From assembly GCA_964369975.1 (NCBI GenBank), contig CAYJFZ010000005.1, positions 13,150 to 77,149 on the forward strand: a stretch of DNA of 64,000 bases, in the 5' to 3' direction. The notes below the pieces were generated by a model. That model had not been told where the DNA came from and did no database searches. It saw only the letters and a program-made list of their open reading frames with translations. Numbering within the stretch: the first letter of the stretch is position 1; the number at the start of each line of letters is the position of its first letter. A program made the position numbers and the translations under genes. The DNA is from an uncultured Oscillospiraceae bacterium (GTDB lineage: Bacteria; Bacillota; Clostridia; Oscillospirales; Ruminococcaceae). Of this stretch, positions 1 to 9,095 are shown one piece after another.

Positions 1-406
1 TTTTTCCCTTATAAGAGATTTTTATATATGTATGTTACCACTTTTTTACTATAAATGCAAAAATTTCTTATATGCAAATGATTAAAGAATATATAATTTA
101 TCAAAAATTATATTGTATTTTTGGCATTTTACCATATTGACTTTTTTATTTATTACAAATAGTTTAAACATAGTTTTCAACACAGTGTTGATAACTTCTT
201 AAGAATTACGACAATAAACATTTAAAAAACTGTGTTTTTATCCACCTTTTTCAACAGTTTCAACACAGTTATCAACACTTTATTTATTCAACATACATAT
301 TGATATTATCCAATTTGTATATTTTACTTTACAAATTGTGTAATTTTAATAAATGTTTTTTTTAATATTTATTTTAAAAAACAATAATCCATAAAGGAGA
401 TTTTCT

Positions 407-655
407 ATGAAAGGTTTGCAACATAAAGTTATTGAAATTAATGATACTAAAAATACTCAAATTGAGAAAATTTTAGTGTTTTTAAAACCAGGACAAGAAC
501 GAATCAGCATCCAAAAAACAAGGCAGGAGGCAAATGATATTTTAGAAAATATTTATATAGGCAAAAAAAAGAAATTTAAAATCCCTACTTTAAAAACTAC
601 TTTGTTTTTTTTAGGTGTTTCTTTATTAGCTTTGGGGTTTTTAATTATTTTATAA
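407..655 (+). CDS. small hypothetical protein with C-terminal transmembrane anchor
   Basis: ORF preceded by AAAGGAG RBS; C-terminal hydrophobic stretch TTLFFLGVSLLALGFLIIL; no family recognised. Confidence 0.5.
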   Translation: MKGLQHKVIEINDTKNTQIEKILVFLKPGQERISIQKTRQEANDILENIYIGKKKKFKIPTLKTTLFFLGVSLLALGFLIIL

Positions 656-750
656 TTATTAATTTTTTTGTATAAAAACTCTTTTAAATTTTAATAAAAT
701 TTGGTATACTTATATATTATAATATAATTTTATTTTTAAAGGAGCAAAAT

Positions 751-1500
751 ATGCAAACAAGATCTGATATAGTATATGGTAAAAACCCTGTTACTGAGCT
801 ATTAAAATCAAAAAGCGGGGTGGATACAGTTTATATATCTGATAGCCTAAATGAGAGTGTACAAAATTATTACATCGCTTTAGCAAAAGAAGCAGGAGCT
901 GTTGTAAAAAAAGTGCATGCACAAAAATTAAAAACTATGTGCGAAACTGATAATCATCAAGGTATTGCCGCCTTAGTTAGCAATGTTTCATATTGCAGCG
1001 TAGAGGATATTTTAAATATCGCAAAAGAAAAGCAGGAAGATCCTTTTATTGTTTTATGCGATTCTATTGAAGACCCTCATAACTTAGGCGCTATTATAAG
1101 AAGTGCTTTTTTAATGGGCGCACACGGCGTTATCATTCCAAAAAGAAATTCTGCTTCAATTACCTCTGTAGTGCATAAGGCAAGCGCAGGGGCAAGTTTG
1201 CATTTAGCAGTAAGTAAAGTGAGTAACTTAGCCCAAACTGTTCGCCTTTTAAAGGAAAAAAATGTATTTGTATACTGTGCTGATTTTAAGCCTATCCCCG
1301 TTTATAAAGAAAATTTAAAAGGCTCTATTGCCATAGTTATAGGAAACGAGGGCAAGGGTGTACAGCCTTTAATTAAAAGTTTATGCGATGGAATTGTAAG
1401 TATTCCTATGGTAAAAACGAATACAGAAGTTGATTCTTATAATGCTTCTGTTGCCGCTGGAATAATAATGTATGAAATCGCTCGACAAAGAAATCTGTAA
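751..1500 (+). CDS. rlmB: TrmH/SpoU-family 23S rRNA (guanosine-2'-O)-methyltransferase RlmB-like
   Basis: N-terminal substrate-binding region (YGKNPVTELL) plus SpoU methylase motifs (DPHNLGAIIRSA, IVIGNEGKGV, SYNASVAAGI); good RBS. Confidence 0.85.
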   Translation: MQTRSDIVYGKNPVTELLKSKSGVDTVYISDSLNESVQNYYIALAKEAGAVVKKVHAQKLKTMCETDNHQGIAALVSNVSYCSVEDILNIAKEKQEDPFIVLCDSIEDPHNLGAIIRSAFLMGAHGVIIPKRNSASITSVVHKASAGASLHLAVSKVSNLAQTVRLLKEKNVFVYCADFKPIPVYKENLKGSIAIVIGNEGKGVQPLIKSLCDGIVSIPMVKTNTEVDSYNASVAAGIIMYEIARQRNL

Positions 1501-1517
1501 AAAAGGATTAATATTAT

Positions 1518-4500
1518 ATGTCTAATTCTAATAAAGATATCGATAGCATTTTACAAAGTATAAAACAGAAAAAAGCGCAAAGGGAGAAAGATTCCTTTGT
1601 TGTTTCTAGTGCAGAAAAAATAAATGAGCAAAGCATCCCTATAAGTAAAGCTACCATAACTAAAGAAGACACTGACAGCACTTTATCTGATTTTTTAAAC
1701 GCAACACCCGAAGTAAAACAAGCTACTACGCCTAAAGTAGAAAACACTCAAATCCCTTCTACTGATGATAAATTTGCTGAGTTTTTTTCTAAAACTGTCA
1801 CTGTTACAAAAACTCCCGAGGAGTTAAAAATAGAAAATCAAAAACGCTCTTCAAAATTCTTTCAAAAAAAGCATTTTACAGATAGTTTATCTTTAAATGT
1901 GCCTGATGAAGAATTTTTTGAAAAAGAAGTGCCAAAGAAAAAAGGTATTTTTAAAAACTTATTTTCAAATAGCGAAGATAAACAAAAAGAAGACCTACCA
2001 CTTTTTACAAAGTATAAAGAGGATTTACAAAACAGTACCGATTCTCCCATTATAAAAAAAGAAACTTCTCAAAAGCCAAAGCAAGAAAGCACCAAAGAAA
2101 TAAATGTTGAGAAAAAGGCTGTTTTAACTGATGAAGATTTGAGTTTTTTAAAAGGCTTTGAGACATTGAGTGATGAAGTAAATTTACTTAGTGAAGAAGC
2201 ATTAGATGCTCAAAATACAGCTGATATAGATTTTTCTTTCGATGAGGGTTTAAATGAAGAAAATCAAAGTTTGGCTGCCGATATAATTGAAAATAAAAAA
2301 ACGAACGATTTAATAAAAACAAACACAGCCACTGTTTTTGAAAGCATCGCTTTTAGTAAAGAAGAAATAGAAAATACCTCTTTAAAAAATGCCGATGAAA
2401 ATATAGAAAAAATAGACCATACCGATGAAATACTTAAAGAAAAAGAAGAAAACGAAGAATACTCTTCTTTCACTTTTGATGATATTTTAAATGCTGATGA
2501 AGATAATACAGCTTTAGAAGATACTCAAAACTCTCTATTAAGTGAAAACTTAATAGCTGATGATGAGCCTTCTTTTGAAAAAGAAGATGATATTCTTTTA
2601 GAAAACGATAGCGAAAACACAGGCGAAGAAATTACAGAAAATACAGATGAAAGCATAGAAGAAAACATCGCCACAATTAATGAAGATGAAGAAGACTTAG
2701 ACTTAACTACTTATATAAACACTTCGCCAATTGAAACTCAAGGTGAGTTAAATGACACTACTAAAATAGCTGTGAATGAGGATTTTAACTCATTGCACGA
2801 TACATTAATTGATGAAGACACTCCTTTCATTGAGTACGAAAGCGCAGGAGAAATATTCAAGGATACTTTTGATGAAAGCGCTGATATTTCGCTTGAATTA
2901 CAAAGCTTTAAAACAACATTAAACTTAAGAGTCATCTTAGGCCTTGTTGGCAGCGCAATCTTAACTTTATTAAGCCTTGCTACAACGAATGTCATTAGTC
3001 TGCCATCACTTATAAGCCCCCTAACTTCCCCTACTTTATACTATTTGGCAAACTTAATAGTCTATTTATTAATTTTAGTGGCTTTTATACCTACTATCCT
3101 AACTGGTGCAAAAGGCTTTTTCTCATCGCCTACACCTGATAGTTTTTTAACTGCCGCTTGTATTTTAAGTGTTTTACAGCTTGTAGTTTTAGTTATTTTT
3201 TCAAACAGCACAAACCCTGAAACTATCACTATTTTTGCAGGCTTTGTGTGTTTGGCTTTAGCCCTAAACGCATACGGCAAAAAAATCACAACAAATAATA
3301 TCATACGAAACTTAAAGCTTGCTTATGCGCCTGAGGGGATAAATGTAGGCTATATTTTGCAAGATACAGATGCTGTAAAAAGGCTTGCGCGCTCATTAGA
3401 CAGCAATATGCCAAATATACTTTTATCAAGGAAAACAAGCAATATATCAAACTTTTTACAAGCTGGTTTTTCTATTAGCTCTTCTGATTACTTAGCTCAA
3501 AAACTTTCAAGATTTTCAGTGTTCATAACAATTTTAAGTTTTGCTTTAGGCTTTTTTATATCAAAAGATTTTGTAATTGGCCTTTCTTGTTCGGCAGGCG
3601 CTGCTATTTTGCAAATCCCACTTTCACACACTATGATAGTGAGTGTACCTCAAAGTTTAATGCAAAAAAAATTAAAGCCAGTGGGTGCTTTAGTAAACGG
3701 CTGGCAAGGTATTGACCAGTTATCAAAAACTACTCATGTAACCTTTGATGCAAAGCATTTGTTCCCTGAAAACTCTGTAAAACTTCACGGAATTAAAGCC
3801 TATGAGAACGAAAGATTAGACCTTGCTATCTTATATGCTGCAAGCGTTTTAATTGAGCATTGCGATACTTTGCGCAGTGTATTTATGCAAGTTATTAATA
3901 ATAAAACAGACATACTATACGATATAGAGTCTTGTGAATACACTCAAAATCAAGGCTATGTTGCCTGGATTGAAAATTCAAGGATATTAATAGGTAATGC
4001 TTCTTTAATGGAAAAATACGATATAAAAGTGCCTGTAATAAATAGTTCAAACGCCCTGTCAAATAAAAACAGAAAGCCTATATTCTTAGCTGTTAATGGA
4101 AAACTATTTGGTGTTTTTGTAGTGAGCTATCACCAAAGCAAGGCAGTTAAAGAAAACTTAGATGTTTTTATAAAACATTCAAGAAACATTATCCTAACTT
4201 CAATGGACTTTAACTTAGATTCAAGTTTAATTGAAAACATCTACTCTTTGCCAAAAGATTCTGTAAATGTTTTAAATCAGCAAGAATACCTATTGATGAA
4301 AAACTTTACTGACTACACTTTCACAACAACTGCCTGCGTTGCTCATTTAGATAATTTGCAATCATTAACTCAAAGTTTTAGTGCAGCAGAAAGCGCAAGA
4401 GTAGCGCAAACTATTTGCACAATAGTGCAAACTTTATCAGTGGCTCTCGGTGGGATTTTAGCCTTAGTTTTCTCTTATTCTCTAACTATCGCTTCTTTAC

Positions 4501-4577
4501 CTATTACAGCAATTATCCCTTTATCCTTTGGCCTTGCCGGCTTATGCCTTGCAACAGCCTATGCTAAAAAATACTAA
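1518..4577 (+). CDS. large membrane protein: acidic low-complexity N-terminal half plus degenerate heavy-metal (P1B) P-type-ATPase-like C-terminal half
   Basis: aa 1 to ~470 are rich in E/D/K/S/T. The C-terminal ~540 aa have multiple TM helices and recognisable but degraded P-type motifs: SCS in place of CPC (nt 3585-3593), FDAKHLF in place of FDKTGT (Asp codon at 3747-3749), ILTSMD in place of MLTGD, VAHLDNL in place of GDGxND. Confidence 0.8.
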   Translation: MSNSNKDIDSILQSIKQKKAQREKDSFVVSSAEKINEQSIPISKATITKEDTDSTLSDFLNATPEVKQATTPKVENTQIPSTDDKFAEFFSKTVTVTKTPEELKIENQKRSSKFFQKKHFTDSLSLNVPDEEFFEKEVPKKKGIFKNLFSNSEDKQKEDLPLFTKYKEDLQNSTDSPIIKKETSQKPKQESTKEINVEKKAVLTDEDLSFLKGFETLSDEVNLLSEEALDAQNTADIDFSFDEGLNEENQSLAADIIENKKTNDLIKTNTATVFESIAFSKEEIENTSLKNADENIEKIDHTDEILKEKEENEEYSSFTFDDILNADEDNTALEDTQNSLLSENLIADDEPSFEKEDDILLENDSENTGEEITENTDESIEENIATINEDEEDLDLTTYINTSPIETQGELNDTTKIAVNEDFNSLHDTLIDEDTPFIEYESAGEIFKDTFDESADISLELQSFKTTLNLRVILGLVGSAILTLLSLATTNVISLPSLISPLTSPTLYYLANLIVYLLILVAFIPTILTGAKGFFSSPTPDSFLTAACILSVLQLVVLVIFSNSTNPETITIFAGFVCLALALNAYGKKITTNNIIRNLKLAYAPEGINVGYILQDTDAVKRLARSLDSNMPNILLSRKTSNISNFLQAGFSISSSDYLAQKLSRFSVFITILSFALGFFISKDFVIGLSCSAGAAILQIPLSHTMIVSVPQSLMQKKLKPVGALVNGWQGIDQLSKTTHVTFDAKHLFPENSVKLHGIKAYENERLDLAILYAASVLIEHCDTLRSVFMQVINNKTDILYDIESCEYTQNQGYVAWIENSRILIGNASLMEKYDIKVPVINSSNALSNKNRKPIFLAVNGKLFGVFVVSYHQSKAVKENLDVFIKHSRNIILTSMDFNLDSSLIENIYSLPKDSVNVLNQQEYLLMKNFTDYTFTTTACVAHLDNLQSLTQSFSAAESARVAQTICTIVQTLSVALGGILALVFSYSLTIASLPITAIIPLSFGLAGLCLATAYAKKY

Positions 4578-4592
4578 TTAATAATTATAAAA

Positions 4593-4624
4593 ACACCCTT
4601 TTATTATAAGAAGGGTGTTTTTTA
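4593..4624 (+). terminator. rho-independent terminator after the 1019-aa gene
   Basis: ACACCCTT / AAGGGTGT stem followed by T-run. Confidence 0.8.
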
Positions 4625-4861
4625 TTAAAATTAGATTTAAAATCATCTATCTTAACTTTTTTTGGTAAAAAATGAGCATTTTTAAACTTTTCATATATAA
4701 ATGATAAGAATTTTATTCATATTTTTATAACTTGTCACAGTTGAAAAAAATCTATATTAATAGTAAAATAATATATAGGAAGCCTAATAATCTTTTTAGT
4801 GCTTTGCCAAAGTCTTATTATCCAAACGGGTTCAGATTATAAGGCTTTGACTTAATAAGAT

Positions 4862-4934
4862 TTATCAATATAATTGAAGGAATATGGCCTTTGCGTTTCT
4901 ACCAAACACCGTAATATAGTTTGACTATTGATAA
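4862..4934 (+). promoter_or_regulatory. purine (guanine-type) riboswitch aptamer upstream of purE
   Basis: P1 TATCAATA/TATTGATA encloses the conserved core AATATGGCCTTTGCGTTTCTACCAAACACCGTAATATAGTTTGAC. C at the specificity position before the 3' P1 arm indicates guanine/hypoxanthine class. Followed by nested hairpins at 4933-4995 (AAATGATGAATTT/AAATTCATCATTT enclosing GCCAC/GTGGC) as expression platform. Confidence 0.85.
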
Positions 4935-5081
4935 ATGATGAATTTTGCCACCTTTTTGTGTGGCTGTATTTTGTATTTTAATAAATTCATCATTTACAAA
5001 CTGAATTATTTTACTTATATTTAGAAACGCTCTGGGTTTTGAGTGTTTCTAATTTTTTTTAACGAAAGAGGAGATTTAATT

Positions 5082-5570
5082 ATGAAAAAAGTAGCTATTG
5101 TAATGGGAAGTGACAGCGATTTATCTGTAATGCAAAAAGCAGCAGATAAATTAAAAGAGTTTGGTGTTGAGTATGAGATGAGGATAATGTCAGCACATAG
5201 GACTCCTAAAATCGCCTGTGAATTTTCAGAAAAAGCAAAAGAAAACGGATTTGCAGTTATCATAGCAGCCGCAGGTAAAGCTGCTCATTTAGCCGGAGTT
5301 TTAGCCGCTCACACTACTTTACCTGTTATAGGTGTGCCGATTAAATCCTCAACTTTAGACGGGCTTGACTCTTTACTGTCTACAGTGCAAATGCCTTCTG
5401 GTATTCCTGTTGCAACTGTGGCTGTTGACGGAAGTGAAAACGCTGCCCTTTTAGCAGTTCAAATTTTAGCAGTTAGTGATAATGAATTAAATAAGAAATT
5501 TGAGCAATTTAAAATAGATATGCAAAATGCAGTAATTGCAAAAGATGAAAAATTAAACGGAGGAAAATAA
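5082..5570 (+). CDS. purE: N5-carboxyaminoimidazole ribonucleotide mutase (class I PurE)
   Basis: [14 protein letters not shown] start with GAGGAG RBS; class I signature SAHRTP; start moved from 5043 to the RBS-supported ATG at 5082. Confidence 0.9.
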   Translation: MKKVAIVMGSDSDLSVMQKAADKLKEFGVEYEMRIMSAHRTPKIACEFSEKAKENGFAVIIAAAGKAAHLAGVLAAHTTLPVIGVPIKSSTLDGLDSLLSTVQMPSGIPVATVAVDGSENAALLAVQILAVSDNELNKKFEQFKIDMQNAVIAKDEKLNGGK

Positions 5571-6605
5571 ATGCAAGACTTTACACAAAGTTATAAAAAT
5601 GCCGGTGTTGATGTAACTGCTGGCTACAAAGCAGTTGAACTTATGAAAGAAAGTGTGCAAAAAACATTTACTAAAAATGTCTTAACTGGGCTTGGTGGCT
5701 TTGGCGGAATGTTAAAATTAGACTTAGAGGGTATCGCTTCTCCTGTTTTAGTCTCAGGCACTGACGGCGTTGGGACAAAATTAAAAATCGCTTTTTTAAA
5801 AGACAAGCATGATACAGTAGGAATTGACTGCGTTGCTATGTGTGTAAATGATATAGTATGTTGTGGTGCAAAGCCTTTATTGTTTTTAGACTACATCGCA
5901 ACAGGCAAAAATGTCCCTGAAAAAATGGCTGAAATCGTAAAAGGCATTTCAGAGGGCTGTATTCAAGCTAGCTGTAGCTTAATTGGCGGCGAAACTGCTG
6001 AGATGCCGGGCTTTTATACTAACGATGAGTACGACCTTGCCGGCTTTAGCACAGGTGTTGTTGATGAAAATAAAATCATAGATAATACAGCTGTACAAGA
6101 AGGCGATGTTATCATCGCCCTACCTTCAAGCGGTGTTCACTCAAACGGCTTTTCTTTAATAAGAAAGATATTTAATATAGATGATAAATTTAATGATATA
6201 TATGTAGAAAGCATTCAAAGCAGTGTTTTAGATGCTCTTTTAGTGCCTACAAAAATTTATGTAAAGCCTATTTTAAACTTACTTAAAGAAGTGAATGTTC
6301 ATTCAATAGCACATATTACAGGAGGCGGATTTTTTGAAAATATCCCTCGCTGTCTTCCACAAGGCCTATCTGCAAAAATCAAAAAAAGTGATGTTCGTGT
6401 TCTACCTATTTTTGATTTAATTATGAACACAGGTGCTGTGCCTTTAGAGGATATGTACTCAACTTTTAATATGGGCGTTGGCATGGTAGTTACTGTAAGT
6501 AAAAAAGATGCTGGAAAAACTTTAAAACTTTTAAAAGAAAACGGTGAAGACGCTTATATATTAGGCGAAGTTATCAAAGGCGATAACGAGGTTGTTTTAT
6601 GCTAA
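5571..6605 (+). CDS. purM: phosphoribosylformylglycinamidine cyclo-ligase (AIR synthetase)
   Basis: Typical PurM motifs (GLGGFGG, SGTDGVGTKL, DYIA, HSNGFSL, AHITGGG); operon position. Confidence 0.92.
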   Translation: MQDFTQSYKNAGVDVTAGYKAVELMKESVQKTFTKNVLTGLGGFGGMLKLDLEGIASPVLVSGTDGVGTKLKIAFLKDKHDTVGIDCVAMCVNDIVCCGAKPLLFLDYIATGKNVPEKMAEIVKGISEGCIQASCSLIGGETAEMPGFYTNDEYDLAGFSTGVVDENKIIDNTAVQEGDVIIALPSSGVHSNGFSLIRKIFNIDDKFNDIYVESIQSSVLDALLVPTKIYVKPILNLLKEVNVHSIAHITGGGFFENIPRCLPQGLSAKIKKSDVRVLPIFDLIMNTGAVPLEDMYSTFNMGVGMVVTVSKKDAGKTLKLLKENGEDAYILGEVIKGDNEVVLC

Positions 6606-7201
6606 ATATTGCAGTGTTAATTTCAGGCTCTGGCTCTAATTTACAAGCGATTATTGATAAAAAAAACATAGGCGATATGAAAAATGTAAACATCGCCTGT
6701 GTTATTTCTAATAAATCGAGTGCTTATGGCTTAATTCGTGCAAAAGAAAATAACATCCCAGCCTTTGCTATATTAAAAAAAGACTATGAAAATTTTGATT
6801 TATGGCAAAAAGCCTTAATAAAAAAGCTAAGAGAATATAAAATCGACTTAGTTGTTTTAGCTGGTTTTTTAACTATATTGACAGATGAATTCATAAATGA
6901 ATTTGATAAAAAAATCATCAATGTTCACCCCTCTTTAATTCCCTCATTTTGCGGCGAAGGCTACTATGGCTTAGCAGTTCATACAGCCGCTTTAAAAAAG
7001 GGGGTAAAGGTTTCAGGGGCTACTGTCCATTATGTGGATAGTGGAGTTGACACTGGTGAAATAATACTGCAAAAGGCAGTAGAAGTATTAAAAACAGATG
7101 ATGCCCATTCTTTACAACAAAGGATAATGCAAGAAGCAGAGTGGCATATTTTGCCTATGGCTATAAAACAAATCGCAGATGAAAAGGAAAATAATAAATG
7201 A
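6599..7201 (+). CDS. purN: phosphoribosylglycinamide formyltransferase
   Basis: ISGSGSNLQAII N-terminus, VLAGF, INVHPSLIP, GATVHYV motifs. Confidence 0.9.
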   Translation: MLNIAVLISGSGSNLQAIIDKKNIGDMKNVNIACVISNKSSAYGLIRAKENNIPAFAILKKDYENFDLWQKALIKKLREYKIDLVVLAGFLTILTDEFINEFDKKIINVHPSLIPSFCGEGYYGLAVHTAALKKGVKVSGATVHYVDSGVDTGEIILQKAVEVLKTDDAHSLQQRIMQEAEWHILPMAIKQIADEKENNK

Positions 7202-7893
7202 TGAATATTCTTTCTTATTTAAAGGGAAAATCTTACCCAGGTAGAGGTATTTTTATAGGTAAAAGTAAAGAGAACTTTGTTTGCTCATACTTTATTATGG
7301 GTAGGAGTGAAAACTCAAAGAATAGGGTTTTTGAAGAAACTGAAAACGGTATAAGAACAAAGGCGTTTTGCGAAGAAAAATTATCAGACCCTTCTTTAAT
7401 TATCTATAATCCTGTTATCAATTACAAAGATAAATTAATAATAACAAATGGAGACCAAACTAATACAATCTATGATTTTTTAAAAGAGGATAAAACTTTT
7501 AAACAAGCTTTAAAAACAAGGAGTTTTGAGCCGGATAAGCCAAACTATACTCCAAGAATTTCAGCTATAGTTTATGATGATTTTACTTTTGAGATGAGTA
7601 TATTAAAAAGTGATGAAGGCGATGATAGCCAATGTCTAAGATATTTTTTTGAATATGAAAACTTGCCTGTAAATACTGCAAGGCTAATACATACTTATGA
7701 AGATGATGGAGCTGTTTTACCCTCATTTATAGGTGAAGCTAAAAAACTCTCATTTAAAGAAGAAGGTATAGATGAATTTGCAAATAATTTATGGGATAGC
7801 TTAGATAGTGAAAACAAGGTGTCTTTATATACTCATTTTATAAATATTAAAACAAAATCAGTTACAACAAAAATCATAAATAAAAATAAATAG
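7198..7893 (+). CDS. PurO-type (archaeal-like) IMP cyclohydrolase
   Basis: YPGRGIFIGK...YFIMGRSENSKNR pattern resembles the PurO IMP cyclohydrolase family; lies directly before an AICARFT-only PurH. Confidence 0.65.
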   Translation: MMNILSYLKGKSYPGRGIFIGKSKENFVCSYFIMGRSENSKNRVFEETENGIRTKAFCEEKLSDPSLIIYNPVINYKDKLIITNGDQTNTIYDFLKEDKTFKQALKTRSFEPDKPNYTPRISAIVYDDFTFEMSILKSDEGDDSQCLRYFFEYENLPVNTARLIHTYEDDGAVLPSFIGEAKKLSFKEEGIDEFANNLWDSLDSENKVSLYTHFINIKTKSVTTKIINKNK

Positions 7894-7902
7894 GAGCTTT
7901 AT

Positions 7903-9081
7903 ATGAAAGAATTAGTTTTGAAATACGGCTGTAACCCTAATCAAAAACCTGCAAAAATATATATGAAAAATAGCAAGGATTTGCCCCTAACTGTACTAAA
8001 CTCAAACCCTGGCTACATCAATTTATTAGATGCTTTAAATGCTTATCAATTAGTAAAAGAATTAAAACAAGCTACCGGTTATGCAGCTGCTACTTCTTTT
8101 AAACATGTAAGTCCGGCAGGTGCTGCCTTAGGCTATGAATTAAGCGCTGAGGATAAAAAAGTGTTTTTTGTAGATGAATCTTTAGATTTATCCCCTATTG
8201 CCTGTGCTTATATAAGGGCAAGAGGCACTGATAGGATGTCGTCTTTTGGCGATTTTATCGCTTTATCTGATGAGTGCGATGAAGCTTGTGCAAGATATAT
8301 TTTAAAAGAAGTATCCGATGGTATTATAGCCCCTTCTTATTCGCAAAAAGCCTTAGAACTTCTTAAAGGCAAAAGAAAAGGAAATTACACAATAATACAA
8401 ATTGATGAAGATTACACTCCTGAGTTAGTTGAAGAAAAAGATGTTTTTGGTATAACCTTTAGCCAAAATAGAAACAACTTAGCTATAAATGAAGACCTAT
8501 TTAACGAAATAGTAACTAAAAATAAAGACCTTCCAAAAAAGGCTTTAAATGACTTAGTTTTAGGAATGATAACCTTAAAATACACTCAGTCTAACTCTAT
8601 TTGCTACACAAAAGATGGGCAAACAATAGGTGTAGGCGCAGGCCAGCAATCAAGAATTCACTGCACTCGCTTAGCTGGCGATAAGGCTGATGTTTATAAT
8701 CTGCGCAGACATCCAAAGGTGCAAAGTTTAAATTTTGTTGATAAAATTTCAAGGGCAGATAGAGATAATGCCATTGATGTTTATATCTCAAACGAATATG
8801 AAGATGTACTAAAAGATGGCATTTGGCAAGAAAAATTCAAAACAAAACCAGAAGTTTTAACCTTAGAAGAAAAGAAAGAATACTTAAAAACAATTACAGA
8901 TGTAAGCCTATCTTCCGATGCGTTTTTACCTTTTGGGGATAATATATTAAGAGCTTATAAAAGTGGTGTAAAGTTCGTAGCCCAAGCAGGTGGCAGTGTC
9001 CGTGATGACAATGTTATTAATACCTGCGATGATTTAGATATGGTAATGTGCTTTACGCATACTCGCCTTTTCCACCACTAA
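7903..9081 (+). CDS. purH: AICAR formyltransferase (PurH transformylase domain only, no MGS-like cyclohydrolase domain)
   Basis: 392 aa, LKYGCNPNQ start, SFKHVSPAGAA, GAGQQSRI, SDAFLPF, GGSVRD motifs of the AICARFT domain. Confidence 0.85.
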   Translation: MKELVLKYGCNPNQKPAKIYMKNSKDLPLTVLNSNPGYINLLDALNAYQLVKELKQATGYAAATSFKHVSPAGAALGYELSAEDKKVFFVDESLDLSPIACAYIRARGTDRMSSFGDFIALSDECDEACARYILKEVSDGIIAPSYSQKALELLKGKRKGNYTIIQIDEDYTPELVEEKDVFGITFSQNRNNLAINEDLFNEIVTKNKDLPKKALNDLVLGMITLKYTQSNSICYTKDGQTIGVGAGQQSRIHCTRLAGDKADVYNLRRHPKVQSLNFVDKISRADRDNAIDVYISNEYEDVLKDGIWQEKFKTKPEVLTLEEKKEYLKTITDVSLSSDAFLPFGDNILRAYKSGVKFVAQAGGSVRDDNVINTCDDLDMVMCFTHTRLFHH

Positions 9082-9095
9082 AGGAGATTATTTAT

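Noticed and set aside
170-280. Interpretation of the DnaA-box-like cluster as the chromosomal origin (oriC)
   Set aside because: There are only three imperfect boxes, no dnaA/dnaN or AT-rich unwinding element context that I can verify, and the neighbouring genes are not origin-proximal markers. It is kept only as a possible secondary DnaA-box cluster or other operator.
1514-3304. Several 60-85-aa minus-strand ORFs (1514-1747, 1862-2050, 2264-2473, 2738-2995, 3062-3304)
   Set aside because: All are antisense to the long 1019-aa reading frame. They are S/F/K-rich reverse-complement shadows of the GAA/GAT/AAA-rich acidic region.
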